This document shows positions 36,236 through 46,330 of a stretch of 64,000 bases of DNA, in pieces (the stretch's first letter is position 1; each line of letters opens with the position of its first letter). The DNA is from an uncultured Alphaproteobacteria bacterium (GTDB lineage: Bacteria; Pseudomonadota; Alphaproteobacteria; CAAGCB01; CAG-977). The position numbers and the translations under genes are program-made. The notes under the pieces were generated by a model, which saw only the letters and a list, made by a program, of their open reading frames with translations, searched no databases and had not been told where the DNA came from. The stretch covers positions 11,165 through 75,164 of the forward strand of contig CALYBD010000005.1 in the NCBI GenBank assembly GCA_944393745.1, read 5' to 3'.

Positions 36236-37179
36236 TAATACGGTTTTGTATAGCTGTTCTTACAATACTTTTTTTGTCGTCCGATCCGGCTTTTGCCGCA
36301 CCGATTAAGGAAAAAAGTCCGTATCCCGTAGATAATTGCGGCGCAACATATAACAGCCAACCGTTCAGGATTGTCGGTTTTAAAGATTATCCGCCTTTTT
36401 CCTGGGGGGAATTAGATGAAAGATTTTATCAGGATACGGGGAAAAAACGTTATACATTTCACGGTTTTATTCTGGATCCTTTAAAACAGGCTCTGGCAGA
36501 TATTCATGTCAAACAAATCAGTGATCTGGCTTTTGATGATTTTAATGAGGCACAGAAAGCCATGTTGCACGGCAAAGCGGATTTGTTGTTTATCGGTTAT
36601 TATATCGATGAAAGCAAATCGGGAATGGATTATATTTATCCGGCTTATTTCGGAAATCCTTTTGTTGTTGTGTCCCGGAAAACAAAGAAAATTGACGTGG
36701 AAGATTTTTCCGGATTAAAAGGACTGAAGGGGGTCGTCCGCCGAGAAGAAGAAGTCGAACCGTTAATTCGCGGTTTGTTGCCGACGGATACAAAGCTGGA
36801 GGTTGTTGACGGTCCCGAAACGGCTTTTCGCAAGCTGCTGTCCGGCGATGTGGATTTTATGATTACCAGTCCTTATGCTGCCGATGCCGAATCGAAACGT
36901 TTTAAGGTCAAAGATAAATTGCATTTCGGAACAAAAGTGTTGCGCCATATCAAATATTTTATGGCTTTTTCGAAAATGTCGGTTTGCCGCCGTTATAAGG
37001 ATATCTTTACTCAAAAACTAGACGCGCGCATCAGAAACAAGGCGGAAATAGAAAAACTGATCCATAAATATATTGATATCTGGGTCGAAAAGCATGCCGA
37101 TGAACCGCCGCTGGAATATGTTCCCGCCAATGATACGCCTGCGGCCGCAGCTCAGCCGTCGGCCGTTCCGCAGGCCTAA
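36232..37179 (+). CDS. Periplasmic solute-binding-domain protein (amino-acid SBP family 3-like), with no transporter partner
   Basis: Signal peptide (LTILFLSSDPAFAAP); ADLLFIGYYIDESKSG...YIYPAYFGNPFVVVSRK resembles SBP_bac_3. Confidence 0.5.
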   Translation: MIIRFCIAVLTILFLSSDPAFAAPIKEKSPYPVDNCGATYNSQPFRIVGFKDYPPFSWGELDERFYQDTGKKRYTFHGFILDPLKQALADIHVKQISDLAFDDFNEAQKAMLHGKADLLFIGYYIDESKSGMDYIYPAYFGNPFVVVSRKTKKIDVEDFSGLKGLKGVVRREEEVEPLIRGLLPTDTKLEVVDGPETAFRKLLSGDVDFMITSPYAADAESKRFKVKDKLHFGTKVLRHIKYFMAFSKMSVCRRYKDIFTQKLDARIRNKAEIEKLIHKYIDIWVEKHADEPPLEYVPANDTPAAAAQPSAVPQA

Positions 37180-37261
37180 AACCGGGTAGGGGATTTTTTC
37201 CCGAAAAGGGGCAAAAGGGATACCCCCCCCCCTTGAAACCGACAGAACGACGGACAAGAAT

Positions 37262-37300
37262 AAAAAAGGTAAAAGAGGGAACGCTCTTTTACCTTTTTGA
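37262..37300. terminator. Bidirectional intrinsic terminator
   Basis: aaaaaa-ggtaaaagag-ggaacg-ctcttttacc-ttttt: a perfect 10 bp stem flanked by an A-run and a T-run. Confidence 0.7.
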
Positions 37301-37593
37301 CGTTTATGTCGGGAACAACAATAAAGGATTGTTCGAGTTTTAAACTGTTTTCGGACGGTCGGGCCGAAAAACACTTTTTTAAAAGACGGGTACTTTTCGG
37401 CCTGCCGGCGATTTTATCGATAAAAGAAGGGAGCGTATGGCAGAGTTTATTTTGATTTGCCGTAATGCAGAGGGGGGATATCCGGATTTTTGGCAACACG
37501 CCGTTATGATAAGGCAATGTTTTTTATGACGGATTTGTTCAAAAGAGCAAGAGTCTTTTCTCTTCAGACTGAAAAAGCAGATACAAAAAAACA

Positions 37594-37622
37594 GGCCGCG
37601 AAGAAAATATCGCGGCCCGTTT
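37594..37622 (-). terminator. Intrinsic terminator for the adenosine deaminase gene on the minus strand
   Basis: ggccgcga-agaaaata-tcgcggcc; on the minus strand it is followed by a run of seven T. Confidence 0.65.
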
Positions 37623-37635
37623 GAAAAAGTTTCGG

Positions 37636-38910
37636 TTATGACCTGCCGGCAGATTTTTGTGCCAGTAACGCAAACCGGGACGCCTTCATGGTTTTCATGG
37701 TTTTTGCGCGCCGTTTTTGGATTTCAAGCTTTTTTGCTGTTTTTTCACTTTCGGCAACGCGGGTTTCCAGACGTTTTTTCAAATACGGATTTTTGGCATT
37801 ATCTGCCAGATCTTTCATTTCCCGACGATCATCAGCGGTCATTTTTTTATAGATATTTTCTTTGACCTGTTTGCGAGTTTTAACGTCGGCAAACGAATTT
37901 TCAACGGCACATAAAGTAATGTCGAGCATTTCAGCCTTTGTAAATCCGAATTTTTCGGCACTGATCCGGTGTTCTTTTCCCGTATGCGTTCCGAAAATTC
38001 CGGCATCGTCCGGGTTTAGGGAAATACGTATGCCGGCATCATATAATTGACGTGCCGGGTGATTGGCCAGATCGCCTTTTAAATCGGTGACCAAAATGCG
38101 GTTGGAGGTCGGGCAGACTTCAACCATGATATTTTTTTCCGCCAGTTCTTTCATAACTGCCGGATCTTGCGGCGCGGAAACACCGTGTCCGATTCGCGCA
38201 GCGCCCAGACGTACGGCGTCTTTAATGCTTTCGGGGCCGCAGATTTCCCCGGCATGCAGAGCCAGCTTTAACCCGGCCGATTTTGCGATGGACAACGCTT
38301 CGGCAAAATCATCAAATTTGCCGGCGCGTTCGTTTCCGGCAATTCCGAATCCCGTTACCAGCGGGTGGGGGTTGTCACGAATAAATTCGGCAACCTGTTT
38401 GACGTTTTCGGCCCCCAGATTGCGTACCCCCGTTGCGATGAAACGCGTTTCCAGTCCGGTTTCTTCTTTGACTTCGTCGGCGGCTTTGGTAATGGCTTCC
38501 ATCATTGCGCGATAACGCGGGGCGGATAATTCGCTTTTGCCGGTTTCGGGGTTGACTTCCACCGCCATATGGGCCGGAGATAAAATCAATTCCGCATAGA
38601 CGCCGCCTTCCGCAGCGTTTTTGCTGAGATAATCTTTTGTGACATCATAATAATCCTGCGGCGTGCGCATCATGTCCGCCACATTGTCGTATGTGTTGAT
38701 GAAAGCCCAAAAATCGCTTTCGTCATAGGCATAACGACCGTTCGGAAAATCATTTTTATCGTATTGTCCTTCAGCCATGACAAAGTTGTCCGGCAGCGTA
38801 ATATGATGACGCTGAGCCAGTTTGGCCGCCATTTCGGGCGTAACGGTTCCTTCAATATGTTCGTGCAGTGTTGCTTTGGGCAAAGACGCCGTATTAAATT
38901 CTTTTGTCAT
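37636..38910 (-). CDS. Adenosine/adenine deaminase-family metallohydrolase with a Lys-rich C-terminal extension
   Basis: HEHIEGT metal-binding start, HAGE, EVCPTSN, SLNPDDAGIFGT motifs. Confidence 0.8.
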   Translation of the reverse strand: MTKEFNTASLPKATLHEHIEGTVTPEMAAKLAQRHHITLPDNFVMAEGQYDKNDFPNGRYAYDESDFWAFINTYDNVADMMRTPQDYYDVTKDYLSKNAAEGGVYAELILSPAHMAVEVNPETGKSELSAPRYRAMMEAITKAADEVKEETGLETRFIATGVRNLGAENVKQVAEFIRDNPHPLVTGFGIAGNERAGKFDDFAEALSIAKSAGLKLALHAGEICGPESIKDAVRLGAARIGHGVSAPQDPAVMKELAEKNIMVEVCPTSNRILVTDLKGDLANHPARQLYDAGIRISLNPDDAGIFGTHTGKEHRISAEKFGFTKAEMLDITLCAVENSFADVKTRKQVKENIYKKMTADDRREMKDLADNAKNPYLKKRLETRVAESEKTAKKLEIQKRRAKTMKTMKASRFALLAQKSAGRS

Positions 38911-39184
38911 AGTTCACCTTCTTGGGGCATTCCGGCCCTCTGTTTATTTATTTCTTACACTTCTTCCATTATTAACGATTCAGCATACCTGATTTTAAAA
39001 CAGATGTCAACAATTTGTCCAATTTGTCCATTAAGCAATTATTAACGGTTTGTTTAGAAATAAATTTTTGTGTTTGTAATAATTTTATTTTCTGAAAAAG
39101 AAGGATAAAAGTCTTTCTTGCTCTTTTTTATGTGTCCCTGTAATATCCTAGGCAAAGAATGATATTGTTTTTTTGGGGGGAAAT

Positions 39185-40078
39185 ATGGCTGTTTCTTCGG
39201 TGTTTGTTCGAACCGGCTTGTTTGTTTTGCTTGCGTTTCTGGGGGCGTGTTCTTCCGTTGACGAGGAAGAATTGTTCGGCTACGGATACGAAGAAGACTT
39301 TAGTGTCCCGCCGCCGGATATGGTGCCGGTTACGCCTGACGACAATCCCGGACGGACGGTGGACGAGATGTTGAATTTAAAACCGTCCGTAACGGTTAAA
39401 AAAGCTGATTATCAGACTTCCGATCAGCCGCAACAGGTTTATGAACATTCCGGTCGTTTCGGGTCAAAGGAAAAAATATCTTTGCGTAAAGGGTTAAATG
39501 CACCGGATTCGGGGATTGTTTACAGTCCGCGCAAACGCCGGGCGGCCGAAGTGGTGCGGCCTTTGGAATTAAAAGAACAGGAAAAGGACGAATTGCTGGC
39601 CGCTTCCGAAGAAGAAATGTTGGCAGATATCGTTGCTCCGAAAACGCAAAAAGTCGAAATGATCGAGGTTGTTCCGGCTTCTGTTCCGGAAAAAACCGAA
39701 TTGGCGGAAAAAACAAAAGAATCCGTTTCCTCCGCATCAAATGAAAAACCGGTATCCGAACCGATTGTTCCGGCGGTTCAGATGACGCCGCCGACGGAAA
39801 AAGAACCTGTTTTTGAAAAGGCCGCCACACTTTCTGAGCCGGAATCCCCGATGCAGCCGTTGGTCCCGGCTCGGGAAACGTTGGTTTTTGAACCGTTGGT
39901 TCAGCCGGAACCGGTTGTGGCATTAACGCCTCCCGGCGAAACGGGCGGCATTGTTTTAACGCCTCCCGAAACAACGGAAGGGATTGTTTTAACGCCTCCC
40001 GGCGAAACGGGCGACATTGTTTTGACACCTCCGCCGGGCGAGGAGTCGGAATCTTCGATAGAACTCTTTTTGGAATAA
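39185..40078 (+). CDS. Acidic, P/E-rich lipoprotein with three IVLTPP tandem repeats at the C-terminus
   Basis: Lipobox LAFLGAC; low-complexity body; GETGGIVLTPPETTEGIVLTPPGETGDIVLTPPPGEE at the end. Confidence 0.55.
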   Translation: MAVSSVFVRTGLFVLLAFLGACSSVDEEELFGYGYEEDFSVPPPDMVPVTPDDNPGRTVDEMLNLKPSVTVKKADYQTSDQPQQVYEHSGRFGSKEKISLRKGLNAPDSGIVYSPRKRRAAEVVRPLELKEQEKDELLAASEEEMLADIVAPKTQKVEMIEVVPASVPEKTELAEKTKESVSSASNEKPVSEPIVPAVQMTPPTEKEPVFEKAATLSEPESPMQPLVPARETLVFEPLVQPEPVVALTPPGETGGIVLTPPETTEGIVLTPPGETGDIVLTPPPGEESESSIELFLE

Positions 40079-40086
40079 ACAGGTGC

Positions 40087-41385
40087 GTGATGTCAGAGGT
40101 ATTTAAAGTTGCCGTTGCCGGATTGGGAACCGTTGGCAGCGGAGTTGTTCGGTTGTTGCAGGAACAAAAGGACGTTTTATTAAAACGCTGCGGCCGGCAG
40201 ATCAAGTTAACAGCCGTTTCCGATTTAAATCCTGCCCGTATGAAAGAGCTGAACCTGCCCGATAGTGTTTCTTTTTACGGCGATGCGCGGGAAATGGCCG
40301 ATAAAGCATCGGCAGACATTATGATCGAATTGATCGGCGGCGCGGACGGAATTGCTTATGATGTTTGTCGTTGTGCTTTGAATCGGGGCATGAATTTTGT
40401 GACGGCGAATAAAGCCATGATTGCGCATCATGGCAATGAACTGGCGCGTCTGGCTGAAGAAAAAGGCGTCTTTTTCGGTTATGAAGCCGCGGTTGCCGGC
40501 GGTATTCCGATTATCAAAGCGTTGCGCGAAGGGTTGGTCGGCAACAGAATTTCCGAAGTTTACGGGATCTTGAACGGCACGTGTAACTATATCCTGACGA
40601 TGATGCGCGAAACGGGACGCCCGTTTGACGAAGTGCTGGCCGATGCGCAAAAACTGGGCTATGCCGAAGCGGATCCGAGCTTTGATATTGACGGTATCGA
40701 TACGGCGCACAAAACGTGTATTTTGGGGTCATTGGCTTTTGGCATGCCGATAGATCTGAAGGCATTAAGCGTTGAAGGAATTCGTTTTATTACGGACGCG
40801 GACATTGCTTTTGCCGAGGAGCTGGGATTCAGAATCAAGCTTTTGGGGGTCGGACGACGTTATGCCGAAGGTGTGTCGTTGAACGTGTATCCGTGTATGA
40901 TCCCGCAGACGGCTGAAATCGCCCATGTGGACGGTGTTTTTAATGCCGTGATTACCGAAGGGGATTTTGTCGGCCATTCAATGTTTGTCGGCCGCGGTGC
41001 GGGCGAACGTCCCACGGCATCGGCTGTTGTTGCCGACATCGCAGACGCGGCGATGCATCGCGGGTTGCCGTTGCTGACGGTGGCAAATAAGGAAATCCGA
41101 CCGGTTCCGGTTATTTCTTTGGCACAGCGCGAAGGGGAATACTATGTCCGTTTTGAAGTGCGGGATCAACCGGGCGTCATCGCGGATATTGCACGGATTT
41201 TAGGCAATGAAAAGGTATCGATTGCATCTATGATACAACGCGGTCGGGCACAGGGCGGCACGGTGCCTTTGATCATGACGTTTCATAAATCAAAAGAAAG
41301 TGCGGTAACGGCGGCATTGGCGGAAATAGAGCGTCTGGACTGCGTTTTGGATAAGCCTTGCATGATCAGAATCGAACGGTTATGA
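40087..41385 (+). CDS. hom: Homoserine dehydrogenase with a C-terminal ACT domain
   Basis: NAD-binding VAVAGLGTVGSG, catalytic-domain motifs, ACT region (YYVRFEVRDQPGVIADIARILG). Confidence 0.9.
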   Translation: MMSEVFKVAVAGLGTVGSGVVRLLQEQKDVLLKRCGRQIKLTAVSDLNPARMKELNLPDSVSFYGDAREMADKASADIMIELIGGADGIAYDVCRCALNRGMNFVTANKAMIAHHGNELARLAEEKGVFFGYEAAVAGGIPIIKALREGLVGNRISEVYGILNGTCNYILTMMRETGRPFDEVLADAQKLGYAEADPSFDIDGIDTAHKTCILGSLAFGMPIDLKALSVEGIRFITDADIAFAEELGFRIKLLGVGRRYAEGVSLNVYPCMIPQTAEIAHVDGVFNAVITEGDFVGHSMFVGRGAGERPTASAVVADIADAAMHRGLPLLTVANKEIRPVPVISLAQREGEYYVRFEVRDQPGVIADIARILGNEKVSIASMIQRGRAQGGTVPLIMTFHKSKESAVTAALAEIERLDCVLDKPCMIRIERL

Positions 41386-41386
41386 C

Positions 41387-43159
41387 ATGAAACAAAAAGC
41401 GGTTTTAGGCGTTGAAAATTCTTTGACGTCTCAGTTTTGGGCGGCACACGAGGTCAATCCCGAATCGGTGGCGGCGATTGCCCGTACGGCAAATGTTCCC
41501 GAAATTGTTGCGCGACTGTTGGCCGTGCGTCAGGTTACGCCTGAAAATGCGTTGTTTTTTCTTACTCCTTCTTTCAGAAATCATTTGCCCGATCCGTATA
41601 TTCTGCGCGATATGGAAAAAGCGGCGGAACGTATTGCCGCAGCCGTTATCAACAAGGAAAAAATCGCTGTTTTCGGAGATTATGACGTTGACGGCGCCAC
41701 GTCCAGCGCCGTAATGGTCAGGTTTTTGAAAATGCTTGACGGAGACGTCATCGTACGTATTCCCGAACGCGAAGAAGGATACGGTCCCGGCGAAAAAGCC
41801 ATGCGGGAGTTTGTCGAAGCCGGCGTTTCACTGACGATTACGGTTGACTGCGGCACAACGGCTTTTGAACCGTTGGGATTTTTAACAAAACAAGGTAAAG
41901 ATGTTATCGTGATCGATCATCACGAACCTGATGTGACGCTGCCGGATGTTTACGCCGTGGTTAATCCGAAACGGCTGGACGAACCGACGGATAACCCTTG
42001 CCGTCAGATGGCGGCCGTAGGGGTTGTCTTTATGACGATTGTCGCCGTTAACCGCCTGCTGCGCGAAAAAGGATACTACGCAAACAGAACCGAACCGAAT
42101 TTGATGCAGTTTTTGGATCTGGTCGCGTTGGGAACAGTGTGCGACGTTGTTGCTTTGCGCGGATTGAACAGATTGTTCGTTAAATCCGGTCTGGCCGCCA
42201 TGGCGCAAAGAAGAAATAAAGGGCTGTGCGTTTTAAGCGATTTGGCACACATAAAGGAAAAACCGTCCGCTTATCATCTGGGATTTGTTCTCGGGCCGCG
42301 TTTAAATGCCTGCGGCCGGATCGGAGAAGCTTCTTTGGGCACAAAATTGTTGTGCGCTTCAGATGAGGCGGAAGCAATGGAAATTGCCCGTCATTTGGAC
42401 GAATTAAACACGATCCGCCGTCAGATGTGCGAAGATATTTATAAACAGGCCATTGCGCAAATGGAACGAACGACGGAAGCTGATAAAATTGCTTTTGTCT
42501 GCGGCAAAGGGTGGCATTCCGGCGTTGTCGGCATTATTGCCGGTCGGTTAAAAGAACGCTATAACATTCCGTCTTTGGTTATGTCGCAAAACGAAGACGA
42601 ACTGCGCGGTTCCGGACGTTCCGTTGCCGGCGTCGATCTGGGGGCGGCCGTTCTGGCGGCCAAGGAAAAAGGAATCCTGATAACGGGCGGCGGTCATGCG
42701 ATGGCGGCGGGATTTTCGTTAAAAACGGAAAAAGCCGATGAATTTAAAAACTTTTTGATCGATTATTTTGAAACGCATAAACACGGACAGGAACAGCCGG
42801 CAGATTACCGGATCGATTCCGTTATTGACATCGGCGCCGTTTCAGGCCGTCTGCTGGAAACGTTAAACGCGATGGAACCGTTCGGCGAAGGCAATCCCGA
42901 ACCGCGTTTTGCCATTCCGGACATAGCCGTTTCTTCGGCGCGTATTGTCGGTTCGGGACATATTTCCTGTTCTTTTGTCGGGCGCAACGGCAAAACCCGT
43001 CTGCGTGCCATTGCTTTTCGTGCGGCCGATTCGATTATCGGCTGTTCTTTGCTGAATCATAAGGGCGCCTTGTTTCATGCCGCCGGGTATATTCGCCCCG
43101 ATACGTTCCGCGGCGGGGATCATGTTCAGTTTGTGATTGAAGATCTGGCTTTGGCGTAA
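41387..43159 (+). CDS. recJ: Single-stranded-DNA-specific exonuclease RecJ
   Basis: DHH motifs (GDYDVDGATS, VDCGT, DHH), a DHHA1 region (GGGHAMAAG), 590 aa. Confidence 0.9.
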   Translation: MKQKAVLGVENSLTSQFWAAHEVNPESVAAIARTANVPEIVARLLAVRQVTPENALFFLTPSFRNHLPDPYILRDMEKAAERIAAAVINKEKIAVFGDYDVDGATSSAVMVRFLKMLDGDVIVRIPEREEGYGPGEKAMREFVEAGVSLTITVDCGTTAFEPLGFLTKQGKDVIVIDHHEPDVTLPDVYAVVNPKRLDEPTDNPCRQMAAVGVVFMTIVAVNRLLREKGYYANRTEPNLMQFLDLVALGTVCDVVALRGLNRLFVKSGLAAMAQRRNKGLCVLSDLAHIKEKPSAYHLGFVLGPRLNACGRIGEASLGTKLLCASDEAEAMEIARHLDELNTIRRQMCEDIYKQAIAQMERTTEADKIAFVCGKGWHSGVVGIIAGRLKERYNIPSLVMSQNEDELRGSGRSVAGVDLGAAVLAAKEKGILITGGGHAMAAGFSLKTEKADEFKNFLIDYFETHKHGQEQPADYRIDSVIDIGAVSGRLLETLNAMEPFGEGNPEPRFAIPDIAVSSARIVGSGHISCSFVGRNGKTRLRAIAFRAADSIIGCSLLNHKGALFHAAGYIRPDTFRGGDHVQFVIEDLALA

Positions 43160-43174
43160 AAGGATTTTCTGATT

Positions 43175-44932
43175 ATGCGGCGTTTTGTTTTTATTTTGTC
43201 GGGCATTTTGATTGCTGTTGTTTCGTCGTACAAATTTTATTTGCGTGACAATGCTCCGCAATCTTTGGAAAACAAACACGGATCCGTTTTTCTTTATTTT
43301 TCGGACGCTTCCCGTAAAGACGTTCGTGTTTCGGATTTGCACGGCGCCAGACGCGAGGAGAAATTGGATTATTGTTTATCCCCCGGTTCAAACTGCCTGC
43401 TTTTTTCGCTTGATACGGAATTGTCTTTTAAAAAAGCGGAAATCCGCCTGCTTTCCGATAAAGATACAGAGGCTGAAATTATTTTTACCGGTCCTTTGTC
43501 GGAACGGCTGAAAGAAAAAAGAATAGAGGTTGATTTTAAAAACTTTTATCTGGACGGCGAACCTGTTTTTCAAAAAACGCAAAGCAGCTGGCGACGCTAC
43601 CAGATTATTTACGGCTTTAAAATTGAAAAAGAAAAACCTGTTTCGATATCGTTCGAATACCGCAGGCATATTCCGGATTATGAAAATATCAGCTGGCTTG
43701 TTTTGTTAACGGTTATTTTGCTGGCAGGTGTGATTTTTGATCGGCTTGAAAAACCGTTTTTCGGCTTTTTTTATCGGCTGTACGGTAAAGGAACAGTCGG
43801 GCAAAAGATTTTTTTGACATTGTTCTTTTTGATACTGTGCGTACCGGCCGTACGTTTGGATCATAGGGAAGAATCTGTTTTTGAAAACAGAAAACTGGCG
43901 AAAAAACCGTCTCTGGTCGTAAAAACAAAAAGAGGGGATAACGGTTTGGCATTGGAATACGGAAAGTATTTCGATTATTGGTTCAGTGATCGCTTTTTCG
44001 GTCGGTTGGAAGTGATTTCTTTTTATCATGCCTTACAAAAAAGTTTGCGATTTCGTTTAAAAACGCGAACGGCTTTTGTCGGAAGGGATAATGATATTTT
44101 TCAAATCCGGGATTTAAAAGTCTTTGATCCCGCTTTTTTAAAACAGTTGGAACGGGAATCCGAAAAATACATAAATGTTTTGCAGAAACTGAAAAAATGG
44201 ACCGATCAAAAAAACATGAAACTGTATGTGGTTCTTGTCCCGGTCAAAGAAAGTATTCTGTATGATCGTTTGGGAAAAGGAATGCCCGCGCAAACAGCGG
44301 CTTTTGATCAATGGGTCGGGGAAATAAAAGAAGCTTCCGGTGTTAATATCATTTATCCGAAAAAAGAAATCAGACAAGCGGTTTTGAATAATCGGGATTT
44401 AATCTTTTTTAAACAGGACCATCATTATACGGACTTCGGAATGACGTTTTTGATCCGAGAACTCATGAAACAGATAACGCATGATTTTCCGGATATTCCC
44501 GTCTTGTCGGAAAAAGACTTTAGCGTTACGTATGATCACCGTATCCGCCACGGTGCCAGCTTATCTAAATGGCAGACGTTGTCGCATTTATGCACGCTGT
44601 TGATGATTTTTGACAAAGAAGAATGCCGCAGCTATGCAAAACCGTATCGGTATTATCGAAACAAAAATCAGAATGTGGAAATTGATGTCATAAACAACAA
44701 AACGACAACTTATTTCAATCCCGAAGGGAAATATTCATTATATCTTTTGGGAACATCGCATACAAATCAGATGTCAGTCTTTTTGCCGTTTTCATTTAAA
44801 CAAGTGATTAAAGAAGTAAAAGCGGATACCAATATTACGCTAAAGAACGTTTCCCGATATAATCCCGATGCGTTGATTGTCGTTTTGCAAACGACGGTTG
44901 CGGACCGTTTGAAAGATTTGTTTAAGGAATAA
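43175..44932 (+). CDS. DHHW-family protein (AlgJ/AlgX-like, putative polysaccharide O-acetyltransferase periplasmic component)
   Basis: N-terminal TM helix and a DHHYT motif in the KQDHHYTDFGM context. Located upstream of an MBOAT gene. Confidence 0.5.
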   Translation: MRRFVFILSGILIAVVSSYKFYLRDNAPQSLENKHGSVFLYFSDASRKDVRVSDLHGARREEKLDYCLSPGSNCLLFSLDTELSFKKAEIRLLSDKDTEAEIIFTGPLSERLKEKRIEVDFKNFYLDGEPVFQKTQSSWRRYQIIYGFKIEKEKPVSISFEYRRHIPDYENISWLVLLTVILLAGVIFDRLEKPFFGFFYRLYGKGTVGQKIFLTLFFLILCVPAVRLDHREESVFENRKLAKKPSLVVKTKRGDNGLALEYGKYFDYWFSDRFFGRLEVISFYHALQKSLRFRLKTRTAFVGRDNDIFQIRDLKVFDPAFLKQLERESEKYINVLQKLKKWTDQKNMKLYVVLVPVKESILYDRLGKGMPAQTAAFDQWVGEIKEASGVNIIYPKKEIRQAVLNNRDLIFFKQDHHYTDFGMTFLIRELMKQITHDFPDIPVLSEKDFSVTYDHRIRHGASLSKWQTLSHLCTLLMIFDKEECRSYAKPYRYYRNKNQNVEIDVINNKTTTYFNPEGKYSLYLLGTSHTNQMSVFLPFSFKQVIKEVKADTNITLKNVSRYNPDALIVVLQTTVADRLKDLFKE

Positions 44933-44936
44933 AAAA

Positions 44937-46328
44937 ATGCTTTTTTCGTCAATGACTTTTTTATTTCTGTTTTTGCCGGTAGTTTGCGCCGCTTATTATT
45001 TATCGCCCAAACGTTTCAGAAACGATGTGTTGCTGTTTGCCAGCATTTTCTTTTACGCTTGGGGGGAACCGCGCTATGTTTCCATTATGCTTTTGGTGAT
45101 TTTTATTAATTATTTCGGGGCGTTGTTTATTGAAAAAACAAACAGGAAAAAGCTTTTTTTAATTTTAACGATTGTTTTGAATCTGTCTTTTTTGGCGTAC
45201 TTTAAGTACATGAATTTCTTTATCGAAAATATCAACCGGCTGTTTCATGCAAATATTGATTTTCTGTATGTCATTATGCCGATCGGCATATCTTTTTATA
45301 CGTTTCAGGCAATGTCATATGTGTGTGACGTTTACGCCAAAACAGTTCCGGCGCAGAAAAATGTTTATAATCTGATGCTGTATATTGTTCTGTTTCCTCA
45401 ATTGATTGCGGGGCCGATCGTAAAATATCACGATATCGCCGATCAGATTGCGTCCCGTAACGAAAATATCGATAAGGTATATCGCGGTGTTTTGCGCTTT
45501 ATCGGCGGTTTGGCCAAAAAAGTGTTGTTGGCAAATACTCTGGGAGCCGTTGCCGATGAGATCTTTGCTTCCGATCTGCAATACATTTCCGTTTCTTTGG
45601 CTTGGATCGGCGCAGTGGCCTATGCTTTTCAGATTTATTTTGATTTCAGCGGTTATTCCGATATGGCCATCGGATTATGTCTGATATTCGGTTTTAACAT
45701 TCCGGAAAACTTTAATTATCCGTATATTTCGAAATCCGTTACGGAATTTTGGCGACGCTGGCATATTTCCTTGTCAACATGGTTTAAACAGTATTTGTAT
45801 ATTCCTTTAGGCGGGAACAGAATTTCCAAATTCAGAACAGCGGTTAATTTAATGATAGTTTTTTTCGTCACCGGTTTTTGGCACGGAGCCAGCTGGAATT
45901 TTATCGTATGGGGACTTTGGCACGGCTTTTTTGTCGTTATGGAAAAGCTGATTGCTCCGGATACGCAGAAAAAGGGAATTATCCGAAACGGTTTGTTGCA
46001 TTGTTATGCTTTGCTGACGGTATTGTTCGGCTGGATTATTTTTCGTGCCGAAACATTGCCGAGAGCCTGGGAATATATCCGCAAAATGTTCGGCTTTATT
46101 CCGAATCGGTATGAAGCGTTGGACTTGTTATATTATGTCGACGGACAAGAGCTGCTGACTTTTGTTTTTGCGATTTTGCTTTCAACGCCGCTGGCCAAAG
46201 GATTTTTTAATGCTTCCGGAAAGCTTAAAAGTGCCGGTATTCAGGTGTTTGCGTTGCTGTTGTTTTTGCTGTCGTCCGTTATGATTGCGGCCGGAACGTA
46301 TAATCCGTTTATTTATTTCCGGTTTTAG
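44937..46328 (+). CDS. MBOAT-family membrane O-acyltransferase (AlgI/DltB-like)
   Basis: Multi-TM; the conserved His region FWRRWHISLSTWFKQYLYIPLGGNR and FFVTGFWHGASW. Confidence 0.85.
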   Translation: MLFSSMTFLFLFLPVVCAAYYLSPKRFRNDVLLFASIFFYAWGEPRYVSIMLLVIFINYFGALFIEKTNRKKLFLILTIVLNLSFLAYFKYMNFFIENINRLFHANIDFLYVIMPIGISFYTFQAMSYVCDVYAKTVPAQKNVYNLMLYIVLFPQLIAGPIVKYHDIADQIASRNENIDKVYRGVLRFIGGLAKKVLLANTLGAVADEIFASDLQYISVSLAWIGAVAYAFQIYFDFSGYSDMAIGLCLIFGFNIPENFNYPYISKSVTEFWRRWHISLSTWFKQYLYIPLGGNRISKFRTAVNLMIVFFVTGFWHGASWNFIVWGLWHGFFVVMEKLIAPDTQKKGIIRNGLLHCYALLTVLFGWIIFRAETLPRAWEYIRKMFGFIPNRYEALDLLYYVDGQELLTFVFAILLSTPLAKGFFNASGKLKSAGIQVFALLLFLLSSVMIAAGTYNPFIYFRF

Positions 46329-46330
46329 GA

